Source: a virus
Length of the DNA stretch: 64,000 bases
Reading direction: 5' to 3' (one strand)
IMG/VR virus record: IMGVR_UViG_3300046010_008569
Location: 6,143-70,142 of that record
A program made the translations under genes and the position numbers. How positions within the stretch are numbered: position 1 is the stretch's first letter; each line of letters begins with the position of its first letter. The notes below the pieces were generated by a model. That model was not told the origin of the DNA and did no database searches. It worked only from the letters and a program-made list of their open reading frames with translations. This document shows positions 28,868 through 37,571 of the stretch, piece after piece.

Positions 28868-29278
28868 ATGACGGATACGAACAAGCCGAAGCTCACGGAA
28901 GCCGAGCGCTTGGCCAAGATGAAGGCAGGCAGAAATGCGGCCGGCGCCAAGGTGCGAGCAGCGCGGAGTGATGTCCTCACTAACACTGATGACTTCATTA
29001 ACTCCGCTGAGTTTCGAGCACGTCACAAGACTAACTCAGTGATTAAACGGGTCTTTGATGACCAGTTTGCACTGCGGGAGAAATACAAGATCAACCCTGA
29101 CGGCTCAGCGATGAGCATTGAGGATGAGATCGCAGCCCGCAATGCGGCAGGTAAGCCGCTCTCTGACCGCCAGCGTAAGCATCTCGGGATGCTCACGAAG
29201 AAGGAAGAGAAAGAGCTTGCCGCCCTCGCTGAGGCAGACGACGACCAGGACGACGACTCGCAAGAGGAAGCGGCCTAG
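28868..29278 (+). CDS. Hypothetical early protein
   Basis: AGGGTCT motif before ATG; acidic tail; followed by a terminator. Confidence 0.7.
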   Translation: MTDTNKPKLTEAERLAKMKAGRNAAGAKVRAARSDVLTNTDDFINSAEFRARHKTNSVIKRVFDDQFALREKYKINPDGSAMSIEDEIAARNAAGKPLSDRQRKHLGMLTKKEEKELAALAEADDDQDDDSQEEAA

Positions 29279-29291
29279 CCTGCAAGGAGAA

Positions 29292-29324
29292 GCCCAGAGC
29301 CGAAAGGTTCTGGGCTTTTTCTTT
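29292..29324 (+). terminator. Intrinsic terminator
   Basis: GCCCAGAGCC-GAAA-GGTTCTGGGC then TTTTTCTTT. Confidence 0.8.
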
Positions 29325-29401
29325 GTCCTGGCGCCAGCGAACACCAAGCCGAAGGCGGGTGTGAGGGGCTGAAAGCCCCGAACCCTTTTACCAAAAGGGT
29401 G

Positions 29402-30049
29402 TTAAAGGCTGTTCTTTCCGCCGCTTAGCTGGCTCACTCGCTCTTTAATCTGCTCCATGACCTCTTCTGAGGTGGCTGCGGCTCGCTCTGCGGCCTTGCC
29501 TTCAGCGACAGCCACGGCCCTATGTTCGCTCAGCGCTTTGAGCGCGGCGATCCTAGCGGCGGCTGAATTGTTGGGGTCGGCGGCTTCTGCTTCTAATCGT
29601 TTAACGATAAAGTTGTCCAGCCGGGAGGCGGTGTGTGACACATCACCCTCCTCCTGATCAAGCCTCGTGATAATGCTGCTACGTACATCTGGCTTCTTCG
29701 CCAGGGCGTTAGCCCTGGAATACATACGCTCATAAGACATCACCTCAACGACCTGTTCCCGGTCATCAATGATCTGGACCGCATAGCAGAGCTCAGGGAA
29801 GCTCTGCTTGTATGCCTCCACTAGGCTGGCCCCTGATGCGACTAGCTCAGCGAAGCTATTCTCCTGTTCTGTCAGCCTATCACTGGCGCCTTCAGCGATG
29901 GCCTCTTTGGCCATTCGCTTGAACATGGCGATCTTATTCTGGTTGGTTGGAGTGGTGGAGCCTTTCTTCTTTCCTCCCTTACCCTGAGACTCAAGCTCTC
30001 TCTTACGAGAGAGCAGGTCTATGATCTTGTCTTTGTCTGGGGTGTCCAT
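29402..30049 (-). CDS. Putative terminase small subunit
   Basis: LTEQENSFAELVASG....EAYK...ANALAKKPDV...I and ARIAALKAL, typical of the TerS HTH and oligomerisation segments. Confidence 0.6.
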   Translation of the reverse strand: MDTPDKDKIIDLLSRKRELESQGKGGKKKGSTTPTNQNKIAMFKRMAKEAIAEGASDRLTEQENSFAELVASGASLVEAYKQSFPELCYAVQIIDDREQVVEVMSYERMYSRANALAKKPDVRSSIITRLDQEEGDVSHTASRLDNFIVKRLEAEAADPNNSAAARIAALKALSEHRAVAVAEGKAAERAAATSEEVMEQIKERVSQLSGGKNSL

Positions 30050-30144
30050 GTGTATTGTCTTTTGTGGCGCCGGGGAGGTCTCCCGGCTTGGGAAGGGTTC
30101 GGGCGGTTAGGTTGATGACATTGCTATTTGTCACTGGAAAACAT

Positions 30145-30191
30145 CATTACGAATTTGTAATTTGACTTTTGCATCATACCCATGCTATAAT
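30145..30191 (+). promoter_or_regulatory. Strong sigma70-type early promoter
   Basis: TTGACT (30162-67), 18-nt spacer, TATAAT (30186-91) with extended TG; TTAC-N6-GTAA just upstream. Confidence 0.75.
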
Positions 30192-30522
30192 GCCTGCATA
30201 GTCTAAATGCGTCTGGACAGCCCGCTCTATTCTGGGCCACCACTAGAGGCATATAGTCTATCTGGGCATGGGGTTAAACCCAGCCCATGGTCAATGAGAA
30301 ACCAGCGCTAGCTGGTGTATCAAAGACCGAAGGTCTTTGACATCGTGATCCCCTAGCTGCCCGGCCTTGACCCCGCGAGTTGACGCGTTGGCTATAGGGC
30401 AGCATTGCTGCGACGGGAGGGAGCTTAGGTCATCAAGCCTAACCCCTCCCGGCGCCTTTCTGTGTGCCATGCTAAGCCCTCGCTGAGGGTTTAGCGGGGC
30501 ATACAGCCCCAAAGGGTCTAAC

Positions 30523-30750
30523 ATGACATACGAATACCCAAAGCCACAACACGTCCGTATGGGTTGCAAGGTTCACTGGAACTACTATCAAACCAGTGAA
30601 GACGCCCAAAAGGCTGCCGAGATGGCAGCTATAGAGGCGGCTGATCTGGAGAAGCAAGGATTCGATTGGGGCTATCAAAGCCCTGGCCATATCCGCCTGC
30701 CGACAGAGCAAGACTTCCACCCAGGCTTTTATGAGGTCTGTATCCCCTAA
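30523..30750 (+). CDS. Early hypothetical protein
   Basis: AAAGGGTCT-aac-ATG. Confidence 0.75.
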   Translation: MTYEYPKPQHVRMGCKVHWNYYQTSEDAQKAAEMAAIEAADLEKQGFDWGYQSPGHIRLPTEQDFHPGFYEVCIP

Positions 30751-30825
30751 GCATTGCCTTGAGGGGCCGGAGCGATCCGGCCCTGATAGCCAGCGCTTAG
30801 AAGCTGGATAAAGAAAGGGTCTAAC

Positions 30826-31212
30826 ATGCAAAACCTTGAACAACTGATTGCAGCCGGCATCACCCTCCCTGTCCGCCTTTCCAAGGCGGAACATGGGCCT
30901 TTGATTAAGAAGGCCTTTGAAGAGGGTAGCCTGATGCGGCAGGTTCAAATGCGAGACAAGCCGAACCAAGTTCACGGTCCTGGATTGTATCGCGGCCCTG
31001 ATGGTCCCTGTGCTATTGGGGCTGTCATTCCTGAGGCTCTCGGCCGATGGATTGATGCAGGGAATGCTGACAGAAACTACTCCGTTGGGAATCTTGAGGG
31101 TGTGATTGATTGCGGTGCAGACCGTGATTGGTTCAACCAAGTTCAGTCAGCCCATGACGGAGGGACTGAAATCTCTATGAGAAGGCTTGAGAATCTTCTC
31201 TCTGAGGTATAA
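30826..31212 (+). CDS. Early hypothetical protein (paralogue of 31323..31727)
   Basis: YRGPDGPCAIG...WF..VQSAHDG. Confidence 0.75.
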   Translation: MQNLEQLIAAGITLPVRLSKAEHGPLIKKAFEEGSLMRQVQMRDKPNQVHGPGLYRGPDGPCAIGAVIPEALGRWIDAGNADRNYSVGNLEGVIDCGADRDWFNQVQSAHDGGTEISMRRLENLLSEV

Positions 31213-31322
31213 GCGATAGTCTCATTTATGGCCTTGGTGCGTAGCGCCAGGGCCATAGGTCGGGCGATTGTGAATGCAATTACTCGCTGCATTTTTCAGA
31301 TGCAGAACTAAAGGGTCTAACT

Positions 31323-31727
31323 ATGATTAAGCATTGGACTAAAGCTGAAGCTCTCCCGATCCTCCAAGAGGCGTTTCGGAACAATTCTTTAGCTGCCCAG
31401 CAAGGGGCTCATACTTGCCAGTACCGAGGCCCCTACGGGCCGTGCATCATCGGTGTCCTGATTGATGACGAAACAGCCGCTAAATGGGACGTTTGGACTG
31501 AGTTTGGTGACAGCTTCTCTATTGCCCCAGTGTTCAACGACAAGAGGCATCACGCCTCCGCTAAGATGATTGAGGAGGTCGAGGCCGCTTTTGGTGGTCC
31601 TGACGCTCAATGGTTTGTGGCGCTACAAGAAGCTCATGACGGCTGGGCTACCAGTAACGAATACCATCGGGAATGGGATGGCGGAACATACCGTCAGACC
31701 ATCACCAAGCTACTAGAACTAAGCTGA
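31323..31727 (+). CDS. Early hypothetical protein
   Basis: YRGPYGPCIIG...WF..LQEAHDG. Confidence 0.75.
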   Translation: MIKHWTKAEALPILQEAFRNNSLAAQQGAHTCQYRGPYGPCIIGVLIDDETAAKWDVWTEFGDSFSIAPVFNDKRHHASAKMIEEVEAAFGGPDAQWFVALQEAHDGWATSNEYHREWDGGTYRQTITKLLELS

Positions 31728-31801
31728 GCTCAGCTAGAGCATCCGGCCTTCGGGTCGGGTGCTTCATGGTGCGCTTAGTACCGATAAGAAAGGGTCTGAC
31801 T

Positions 31802-32014
31802 ATGAAAATATTCCACCACCTACGTTTCGGCTTAAAAGGCTGTCTCGCTAGTGGCGAGGCGTTCACTGTGAAGGCAACTTCGACAACCGGCGAGGTTGTT
31901 GAGGGCGGTCTAGCGACCGTGGACGATTACGGCATCGTGGTAGGCAGTATCGGCCAGCAAGCACAAATGCAATGGCACGATATGATACGGCTCGAAATCG
32001 AAGAGCAATTCTGA
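31802..32014 (+). CDS. Early hypothetical protein
   Basis: Start re-assigned to the ATG after AGGGTCT. Confidence 0.7.
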   Translation: MKIFHHLRFGLKGCLASGEAFTVKATSTTGEVVEGGLATVDDYGIVVGSIGQQAQMQWHDMIRLEIEEQF

Positions 32015-32087
32015 GTCCAGCTAGAGCGTCCAGGCCTGTCCTGGGCGCTTCATGGTGCATTCAGCGCCTGAAAGAGAAGGGTCTACT

Positions 32088-32207
32088 ATGAAAATCAAAA
32101 TCCATAAGGGATGGACTGTCGATCTCGACTACTTGCTGGCAACCAGCGATGGTTGCTATCGATGCTACGACATCGGCCCATTCCAATTCATGTTTGAGGT
32201 TCTGTGA
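32088..32207 (+). CDS. 39-aa early protein
   Basis: AGGGTCT-act-ATG; not in the track. Confidence 0.6.
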   Translation: MKIKIHKGWTVDLDYLLATSDGCYRCYDIGPFQFMFEVL

Positions 32208-32326
32208 TGGAATACTTCACCAACCTCAATGTCACTGACAGGTTCCTGCTTGTCATTGGTGTCTGCTTTCTTGTTCTGGCTGTGTATATGGTCTTGGACT
32301 TGATAGGAGATACACTGAGAGAGTGA
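32207..32326 (+). CDS. 39-aa membrane peptide
   Basis: TGATG coupling; one TM helix. Confidence 0.55.
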   Translation: MEYFTNLNVTDRFLLVIGVCFLVLAVYMVLDLIGDTLRE

Positions 32327-32399
32327 GAGTCTCAGGGTCAGCACATCCGGTGGGTGTGCTGATTCTCGGGCGCTCAGCCCGATTTGGAAAGGGTCTAAA

Positions 32400-32822
32400 A
32401 TGAAACATGACGCAATGGCAGAAGTGCCTCATGCGGTCGTTAACGCTCAGGGTTGGCTCACGTCAATCTTGGAGATGGTCGAGGCGCTGGAACGCTCGGA
32501 AGAGCAGGCAGTGCATGGGCCAGACGAAACGGATGCAGTGCGGTCCAGGATTGAAGAATCAGTCCTGTCTGTGCTTGTCCGCGATGGCTGGCGGCTACCA
32601 GGAGTAATAATCACTCCTGGCGCTGAAGAGTACGAAATCCTCCTGACTACCGGAGGGCCAGCGCTTCGCATCACTGGCAAGCTCAACGAGCACAACGAGC
32701 CCGATGACTTCCCGCGGCTTGAGTATCAGGACTGGTACCAACCATGGACTGAGTACACTGACGCGAGAGAGCATCGGGAGGCTTTGCAGCGCTTTGCTTC
32801 CTGCTTCTACTATGGAGATTGA
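32400..32822 (+). CDS. Early hypothetical protein
   Basis: ILLTTGGPALRITG...LEYQDW..PW, a motif recurrent in phage early genes. Confidence 0.75.
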   Translation: MKHDAMAEVPHAVVNAQGWLTSILEMVEALERSEEQAVHGPDETDAVRSRIEESVLSVLVRDGWRLPGVIITPGAEEYEILLTTGGPALRITGKLNEHNEPDDFPRLEYQDWYQPWTEYTDAREHREALQRFASCFYYGD

Positions 32823-32823
32823 T

Positions 32824-32913
32824 ATGATAAAAAAACCAACGCTTCTGGAGATAAGCTTACTTGCAGCAACGATCATAGTGTTTCTTATCACTGTGGTTGC
32901 TCTGTTTGGTTGA
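32824..32913 (+). CDS. 29-aa membrane peptide
   Basis: GGAG RBS; TM helix. Confidence 0.5.
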   Translation: MIKKPTLLEISLLAATIIVFLITVVALFG

Positions 32914-33015
32914 TAGTCTCAGTGAGGCGCCATCCAGGTTGTCGCTGCGCTCCATGCGCTGCGCTTCTCGGGTGGCGCTGATCTCGGGCGATCATGCTCG
33001 GCAAAGGGTCTAACA

Positions 33016-33195
33016 ATGAAACGGTACTTGTTATTCACCTACCAGATTTATTACCCGTCAGGTGGGTGGAACGATTTCAAAGGCAGCTTCGATGATATCG
33101 AAGAAGCTAGAGGAGTCTGGACTAACGATCCATACAGAGATGATCGCTGTCAAGTGATTGACCGCGATACTGGACAGATAGTCTGGAAGGACTGA
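33016..33195 (+). CDS. 59-aa early protein
   Basis: MKRYLLF...YYPSGGWNDF; AGGGTCT start; not in the track. Confidence 0.7.
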   Translation: MKRYLLFTYQIYYPSGGWNDFKGSFDDIEEARGVWTNDPYRDDRCQVIDRDTGQIVWKD

Positions 33196-33269
33196 GCGTC
33201 TCAGTTGCTAGCGTCCGGTCTGGCGCTAGCTTCTCGGGCGATCACCGCTCGATTACGAAGGGTCTGACT

Positions 33270-33500
33270 ATGAGCATGAACGAAAAGAGAGCCATGTGGG
33301 CTCATGACGCCGTGGAGCGCTTCCGTGAAGTGTGCCCTGGTAGCAAGAACAAAGATGGCTCAATCGAAATGAGCGAGGCCATCGGAGACTTGCTGGTTAA
33401 TCTATTTCACCTCTGCGATCTAGAGGATATTGACGCAGCCGGAGCCGCTAAGCGCGCGCTTGCAATGTATCGAGATGAGGTGGAAAACCCCGACTTCTGA
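33270..33500 (+). CDS. Early hypothetical protein
   Basis: IGDLLVNLFHLCD; AGGGTCT start. Confidence 0.75.
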   Translation: MSMNEKRAMWAHDAVERFREVCPGSKNKDGSIEMSEAIGDLLVNLFHLCDLEDIDAAGAAKRALAMYRDEVENPDF

Positions 33501-33581
33501 GAACTGCCCTGAGAGCCCGGCCTAACAGCCGGGCTTGATGGCCAGCGCTTAGCTGGATGATATTAAAGAAAGGGTCTAAGA

Positions 33582-33779
33582 ATGAAAACCAAGTATCTTG
33601 CGGAGCGAAAGCTCGCAATAGCGGAAGATGCGTTGTTCCAATTACTCCTAGCATACGCAAAGGGTGAGCGGAATGGCGGCTCAATTGATTGGGAAGATGT
33701 GGATATCGCGTTTGAAACCGCGAAAGAAGCCATGCCCGATGCATACGCTGACATCGTAAAAGAACTGGAGACAGAATGA
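33582..33779 (+). CDS. Early hypothetical protein (paralogue of the 34322 N-terminus)
   Basis: QLLLAYAK...DWEDVDIA. Confidence 0.75.
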   Translation: MKTKYLAERKLAIAEDALFQLLLAYAKGERNGGSIDWEDVDIAFETAKEAMPDAYADIVKELETE

Positions 33780-34030
33780 GTAGTTTTTCACCGCATATCT
33801 GGGACCACTGCCTGGCGCAAATGCCGGCCACGTTCCGCGCTCGGGAGCTTCTACAGAGCTACCGTGATCTTGAAGATTTGTACTGGCATCGCGCTGGCGC
33901 TTGGGTGGCTTCGCTCTTCTCAAAGAAGGCTAAGCTACACTGGCGCCAGACATGCTTGCGGATCATCGAGAAACGAACCGAGATTCGTCAACTGGGAGGC
34001 ATCGTGCCTCCGTTTTGGAGTATCGCATAA
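33776..34030 (+). CDS. Early hypothetical protein
   Basis: ATGA coupling. Confidence 0.55.
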   Translation: MSSFSPHIWDHCLAQMPATFRARELLQSYRDLEDLYWHRAGAWVASLFSKKAKLHWRQTCLRIIEKRTEIRQLGGIVPPFWSIA

Positions 34031-34242
34031 TGGCAACATTTCAAGATCGATTTCACAAGATCATCAAACAAGCTAAGCGAGAAGCGGAGCGTGACGGCTC
34101 CGCTGTGGCGATCCTAAACCTCAACCAGATCGGATCGCCAATGCTCGTCATTCGTCCGCGCGAATGGAGTGACAGTCATGATTGTGTGGCGCAAGTCCAT
34201 GCTGACGGGACAGTCACCGAAACAGGAAGGATGAGAAACTAA
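34030..34242 (+). CDS. Early hypothetical protein
   Basis: TAATG coupling, MATFQDRF. Confidence 0.6.
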   Translation: MATFQDRFHKIIKQAKREAERDGSAVAILNLNQIGSPMLVIRPREWSDSHDCVAQVHADGTVTETGRMRN

Positions 34243-34321
34243 CATAGCATTGCACTGAGAGCATCGGCCTATGGCCGGTGCTCGATGTCCAGCGCTATGC
34301 TGGGAACTGAAAGGGTCTACC

Positions 34322-34672
34322 GTGAATACAGAACTTGCAAAACAAGCGCTCATTCAACTCTTACTGACTTATGCCAAGGCAGAAGAGACGCGAGACGTTG
34401 AATGGTCTGACGTGGACTTGGCGGTCGAATACGCCAAGGAAGCGTTGCCGGGTGAATACGAGCGCATCCTGGATGAACTCCAGTTTGACGACACTCAGGA
34501 ACGTATCCGCGCGCAATTCAAGACAGATATCGAGCCGCTGGTTATTGAGCAGTACGGGGCTGACGACGAAGTCGCCCTGAACGAAGAGTTCAACAACTGG
34601 ACAGACTCGCTCTGCAAAGACGGCATAATCTCCGATTATGTCTACAACAACATCACTCGAACTGACGACTGA
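34322..34672 (+). CDS. Early hypothetical protein, apparent two-domain fusion
   Basis: GTG start after AGGGTCT; C-terminal D..AL.E.FNNWTDSLCKDG.IS motif. Confidence 0.7.
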   Translation: MNTELAKQALIQLLLTYAKAEETRDVEWSDVDLAVEYAKEALPGEYERILDELQFDDTQERIRAQFKTDIEPLVIEQYGADDEVALNEEFNNWTDSLCKDGIISDYVYNNITRTDD

Positions 34673-34748
34673 GAACTGCCATGAGAGCCCAGGCGCAAGC
34701 TTGGGCTCGATTGCCAGTGCTTAGCGCTGGAATACGAAAGGGTCTACT

Positions 34749-35360
34749 ATGCATGAAGTTTACAAAGTCGAGTACCGCGGATGCGTGATCAAAGCTTACT
34801 ATGATCAAGACGCATCACACACTAACCCAATCGATAAGATGAAGTACGACGACACCTTCATCTGGGCCGTGTGGGAACGTAACTCGATCTTCAGCGACCG
34901 GGATTATCGACCGGTTGATGATCCGTCAGAGATGCCGGACTGGGCAGAAGAGAACGGGTACGAGTTATTCCCGCTCTTCAAGTACGAGCACAGTGGCGTT
35001 GCTTACAGCATCGCCCCTTTCTCGTGCCGATGGGACTCAGGTCAAGTCGGTTATCTGGCCATCAAAAAATCGGCATTCACTTCACCAGAGGCGAAGCCAT
35101 TGCAAGAATATGCCGAACAGTTCGTTAAGACTGCCGGTGCTTGGTGTAATGGTGAAGTCTACGGATACACTGCATACACCGAAGACGGAGAAGATATCGA
35201 CTCTTGCTGGGGCTTCATCGGAGACGATGGCTACTCATGGCGCAATGAAGACTGCTACATGATCCAGCAAGCCAAGGAGAATATCGACTACTACCTGAAA
35301 GAACAGGCAGAGATTCCGTACAAGTACCAAGAAGACGCTGACGCGGCCATGAACGGCTAG
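34749..35360 (+). CDS. Early protein, possibly antirestriction-associated
   Basis: YEHSG...WDSGQVG...W.NGEVYGY...DSCWGF motif; function tentative. Confidence 0.65.
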   Translation: MHEVYKVEYRGCVIKAYYDQDASHTNPIDKMKYDDTFIWAVWERNSIFSDRDYRPVDDPSEMPDWAEENGYELFPLFKYEHSGVAYSIAPFSCRWDSGQVGYLAIKKSAFTSPEAKPLQEYAEQFVKTAGAWCNGEVYGYTAYTEDGEDIDSCWGFIGDDGYSWRNEDCYMIQQAKENIDYYLKEQAEIPYKYQEDADAAMNG

Positions 35361-35437
35361 AATGCAACTAGAGCCCATCGGCACAAGCCGGTGGGCTTCA
35401 TGATGCAGTCAAAGCATCACACTGAAAGGGTCTAACT

Positions 35438-35599
35438 ATGAAAGCCTTCAAAACAAAACACTTCGCTGCTTCATGGCAGCGCGGTGTTCTTTTGTTTGCG
35501 CTTGGCCAGCTGTCTCCGGATGATCTACCCGCTGAAAAGCGGGAGCTTATCCGAGGAATAGCTAACTGGGCGTTAAGTCATGGAAGGAATATCAAATGA
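35438..35599 (+). CDS. 53-aa early protein
   Basis: AGGGTCT start; not in the track. Confidence 0.6.
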   Translation: MKAFKTKHFAASWQRGVLLFALGQLSPDDLPAEKRELIRGIANWALSHGRNIK

Positions 35600-35757
35600 A
35601 AGAATACGTCATCACGCTTCGGCGTGACCGGGGCGGTAAGATCAGCGTCCTGACAACAGCATCTTCTTTGGCGCAAGCCATTAAGCAGGTGTGCGATTTC
35701 GAGTTTGCACCTGAGAGTGCAGTTATTGAAACCAAGTTGATCAGGGAGCTTTTCTAA
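35596..35757 (+). CDS. 53-aa early protein
   Basis: ATGA and TAATG coupling on both sides. Confidence 0.6.
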   Translation: MKEYVITLRRDRGGKISVLTTASSLAQAIKQVCDFEFAPESAVIETKLIRELF

Positions 35758-36317
35758 TGGCTAAGCTAAACATTTGGGAAACGCCAGATTCTTACGCTGG
35801 CTTCAACCCTGTCGGACACATCCTAGTTGCGGCTAAACACCGTGACTCGGATTGTTTGACACGCTCCAACTGGATCATTTCCTGCCAGCGAATCGCTAAA
35901 GTTGCTGGCGTCGAGGCGCTTCCAGACCTGGCCGACCTCTATGAAGGCGGCTGGCCATCAGGGAGGCGTCTTAATCCGGAGGAAATGCCGGCCGCATACA
36001 CGTTCTCAGCATCACACTGCTTAGTGGGCTGGGTAGAATACATGCTTGTTCGCAATGACGCTCCAGAGGTTGTTATCGCTGAAGCGCAAGCTATTGCGGA
36101 TGAAATTAGCAACTACCCGGCCCTCAACGAGGACCACTGGAGCGAAATGGAGTGGGAAGAGGCCCAAGAATACTGGGCCGGAATGTCTCTCCGAGATAGA
36201 CTCGATATCATTACTGATAGTCGTGGTGAGCGCGCTTGCTCAATCTTCGCTATCAGGCGGGATTACATTCCGCAAGATGATAACGGCTTCATCTTTGAAA
36301 GACTGACACGACCATAA
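35757..36317 (+). CDS. Early hypothetical protein
   Basis: RDSDCL.RSNW...H..VGWVE...YP.L.E. Confidence 0.75.
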   Translation: MAKLNIWETPDSYAGFNPVGHILVAAKHRDSDCLTRSNWIISCQRIAKVAGVEALPDLADLYEGGWPSGRRLNPEEMPAAYTFSASHCLVGWVEYMLVRNDAPEVVIAEAQAIADEISNYPALNEDHWSEMEWEEAQEYWAGMSLRDRLDIITDSRGERACSIFAIRRDYIPQDDNGFIFERLTRP

Positions 36318-36395
36318 TGAGTGTTGCCTTGATAGGGCGGGAGAAATCCCGCCCTTGATAGCCAGCAATCAAGCTGGATCACTAGGGTCTAAACT

Positions 36396-36806
36396 ATGAA
36401 ATACATTGCAATCTATCTGGACTGCTGCTTGTCCAGCTATTTCCAAGGTTTTAATGGGCCGGTACTTAATGTGCCGGTTGATAGTGAAACCACCTACGGC
36501 GAGCTTTGCGGCGCGCTGACGGCGGAATTGCAAGTCTACGACAGCACTTACTACGAAGCGACGCTGAACATCGACACGTTCGACTGGGAGGAGGCTGAGA
36601 AGGCTATCATCCAGTTGTTCTCCGGCGTTGGTGTTGACGAGAAGGTTGCTGAAGCTCGCTACGCAGAACGGTATCGGCCGGTTGAGGACTGGATTCAGGC
36701 TGTTGCCTCCAGAATGACAACCATGAGCTACGACGATTGGAAGGAAGCCTGCGCGGAAGATGCAGAGTCCTGCTACTTCTACATCGGCTTCCGTAAAGCT
36801 GAGTGA
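36396..36806 (+). CDS. Early acidic hypothetical protein
   Basis: AGGGTCT start. Confidence 0.7.
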   Translation: MKYIAIYLDCCLSSYFQGFNGPVLNVPVDSETTYGELCGALTAELQVYDSTYYEATLNIDTFDWEEAEKAIIQLFSGVGVDEKVAEARYAERYRPVEDWIQAVASRMTTMSYDDWKEACAEDAESCYFYIGFRKAE

Positions 36807-36921
36807 CAATTGCGGTGAGAGCTAGGGCTTCGGCCCTAGCTTGATCCCCAGCGGTCACGCTGGAATAGAAGCCGCGAGAGCGGCGTATGTGAGCCGAAAG
36901 GCGAGCATGAAAGGGTCTACT

Positions 36922-37269
36922 ATGCACGAGAGTTTAGAAGAGGCGTCTAAAGCTGCCGCTGTATGTGAGGATATAGATGACGCCCTGCGCATCATCTATG
37001 ATTACACAGGCATCGATGATGGCGCCTTTGGCTATGACTTTGTTGAGGGTCTTCGCGTTAGCGGTGATACGACATGGTCCGAGCTATCGCAAACAGAGCG
37101 CGATTTTGAAATCAACCATGCTGCTGCAATCGAAGTGGAAGCTATGGTAGCGTACAAGTTTCCTGTTATCGGTGACTTGAATGCTATTCGCATAGCTGCT
37201 CGCTCCGGCTACCAAGTTCCTGTTGCGTACCGATTAGCGACAGAGATGCAGCAAAGAATGGGAAAATGA
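36922..37269 (+). CDS. Early hypothetical protein
   Basis: Start re-assigned after AGGGTCT. Confidence 0.7.
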   Translation: MHESLEEASKAAAVCEDIDDALRIIYDYTGIDDGAFGYDFVEGLRVSGDTTWSELSQTERDFEINHAAAIEVEAMVAYKFPVIGDLNAIRIAARSGYQVPVAYRLATEMQQRMGK

Positions 37270-37346
37270 GTGTTGCCCTGAGAGCCCGGTGAAAGCCGGG
37301 CTTGATGGCCAGCAATCAAACGCTGGAAATAGAGAAAGGGTCTATT

Positions 37347-37571
37347 ATGGACAATCACACAATTATTGGTGAGCAGACCGACATTCAAGAAGCGGTCGAT
37401 CTCATCGCCGCACTGCACAAGCTTGTCGAGGTTGCAAAAGAGGCTACAGGTGAGGACTTTCCGGTACTCTACGTCGAAACGGAAGAAGGCATCGTCACGG
37501 GTGCGAAGCTTATCAAAAAAGAGCTTAGCGACGGCTCGTTCAGCTACGATATCGAACTCACCTACGACTAG
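37347..37571 (+). CDS. Early hypothetical protein (paralogue of 38358..38582)
   Basis: FPVLYVE...AKLIKKELSDGS..YDI. Confidence 0.75.
   Translation: MDNHTIIGEQTDIQEAVDLIAALHKLVEVAKEATGEDFPVLYVETEEGIVTGAKLIKKELSDGSFSYDIELTYD

Noticed and set aside
33498-33581. Hammerhead, twister or pistol ribozyme match
   Set aside because: CTGAGAG is not CUGANGA, no GAAA core follows the stem, and the other known cores were not recognisable by eye. An unknown ribozyme class is not excluded.
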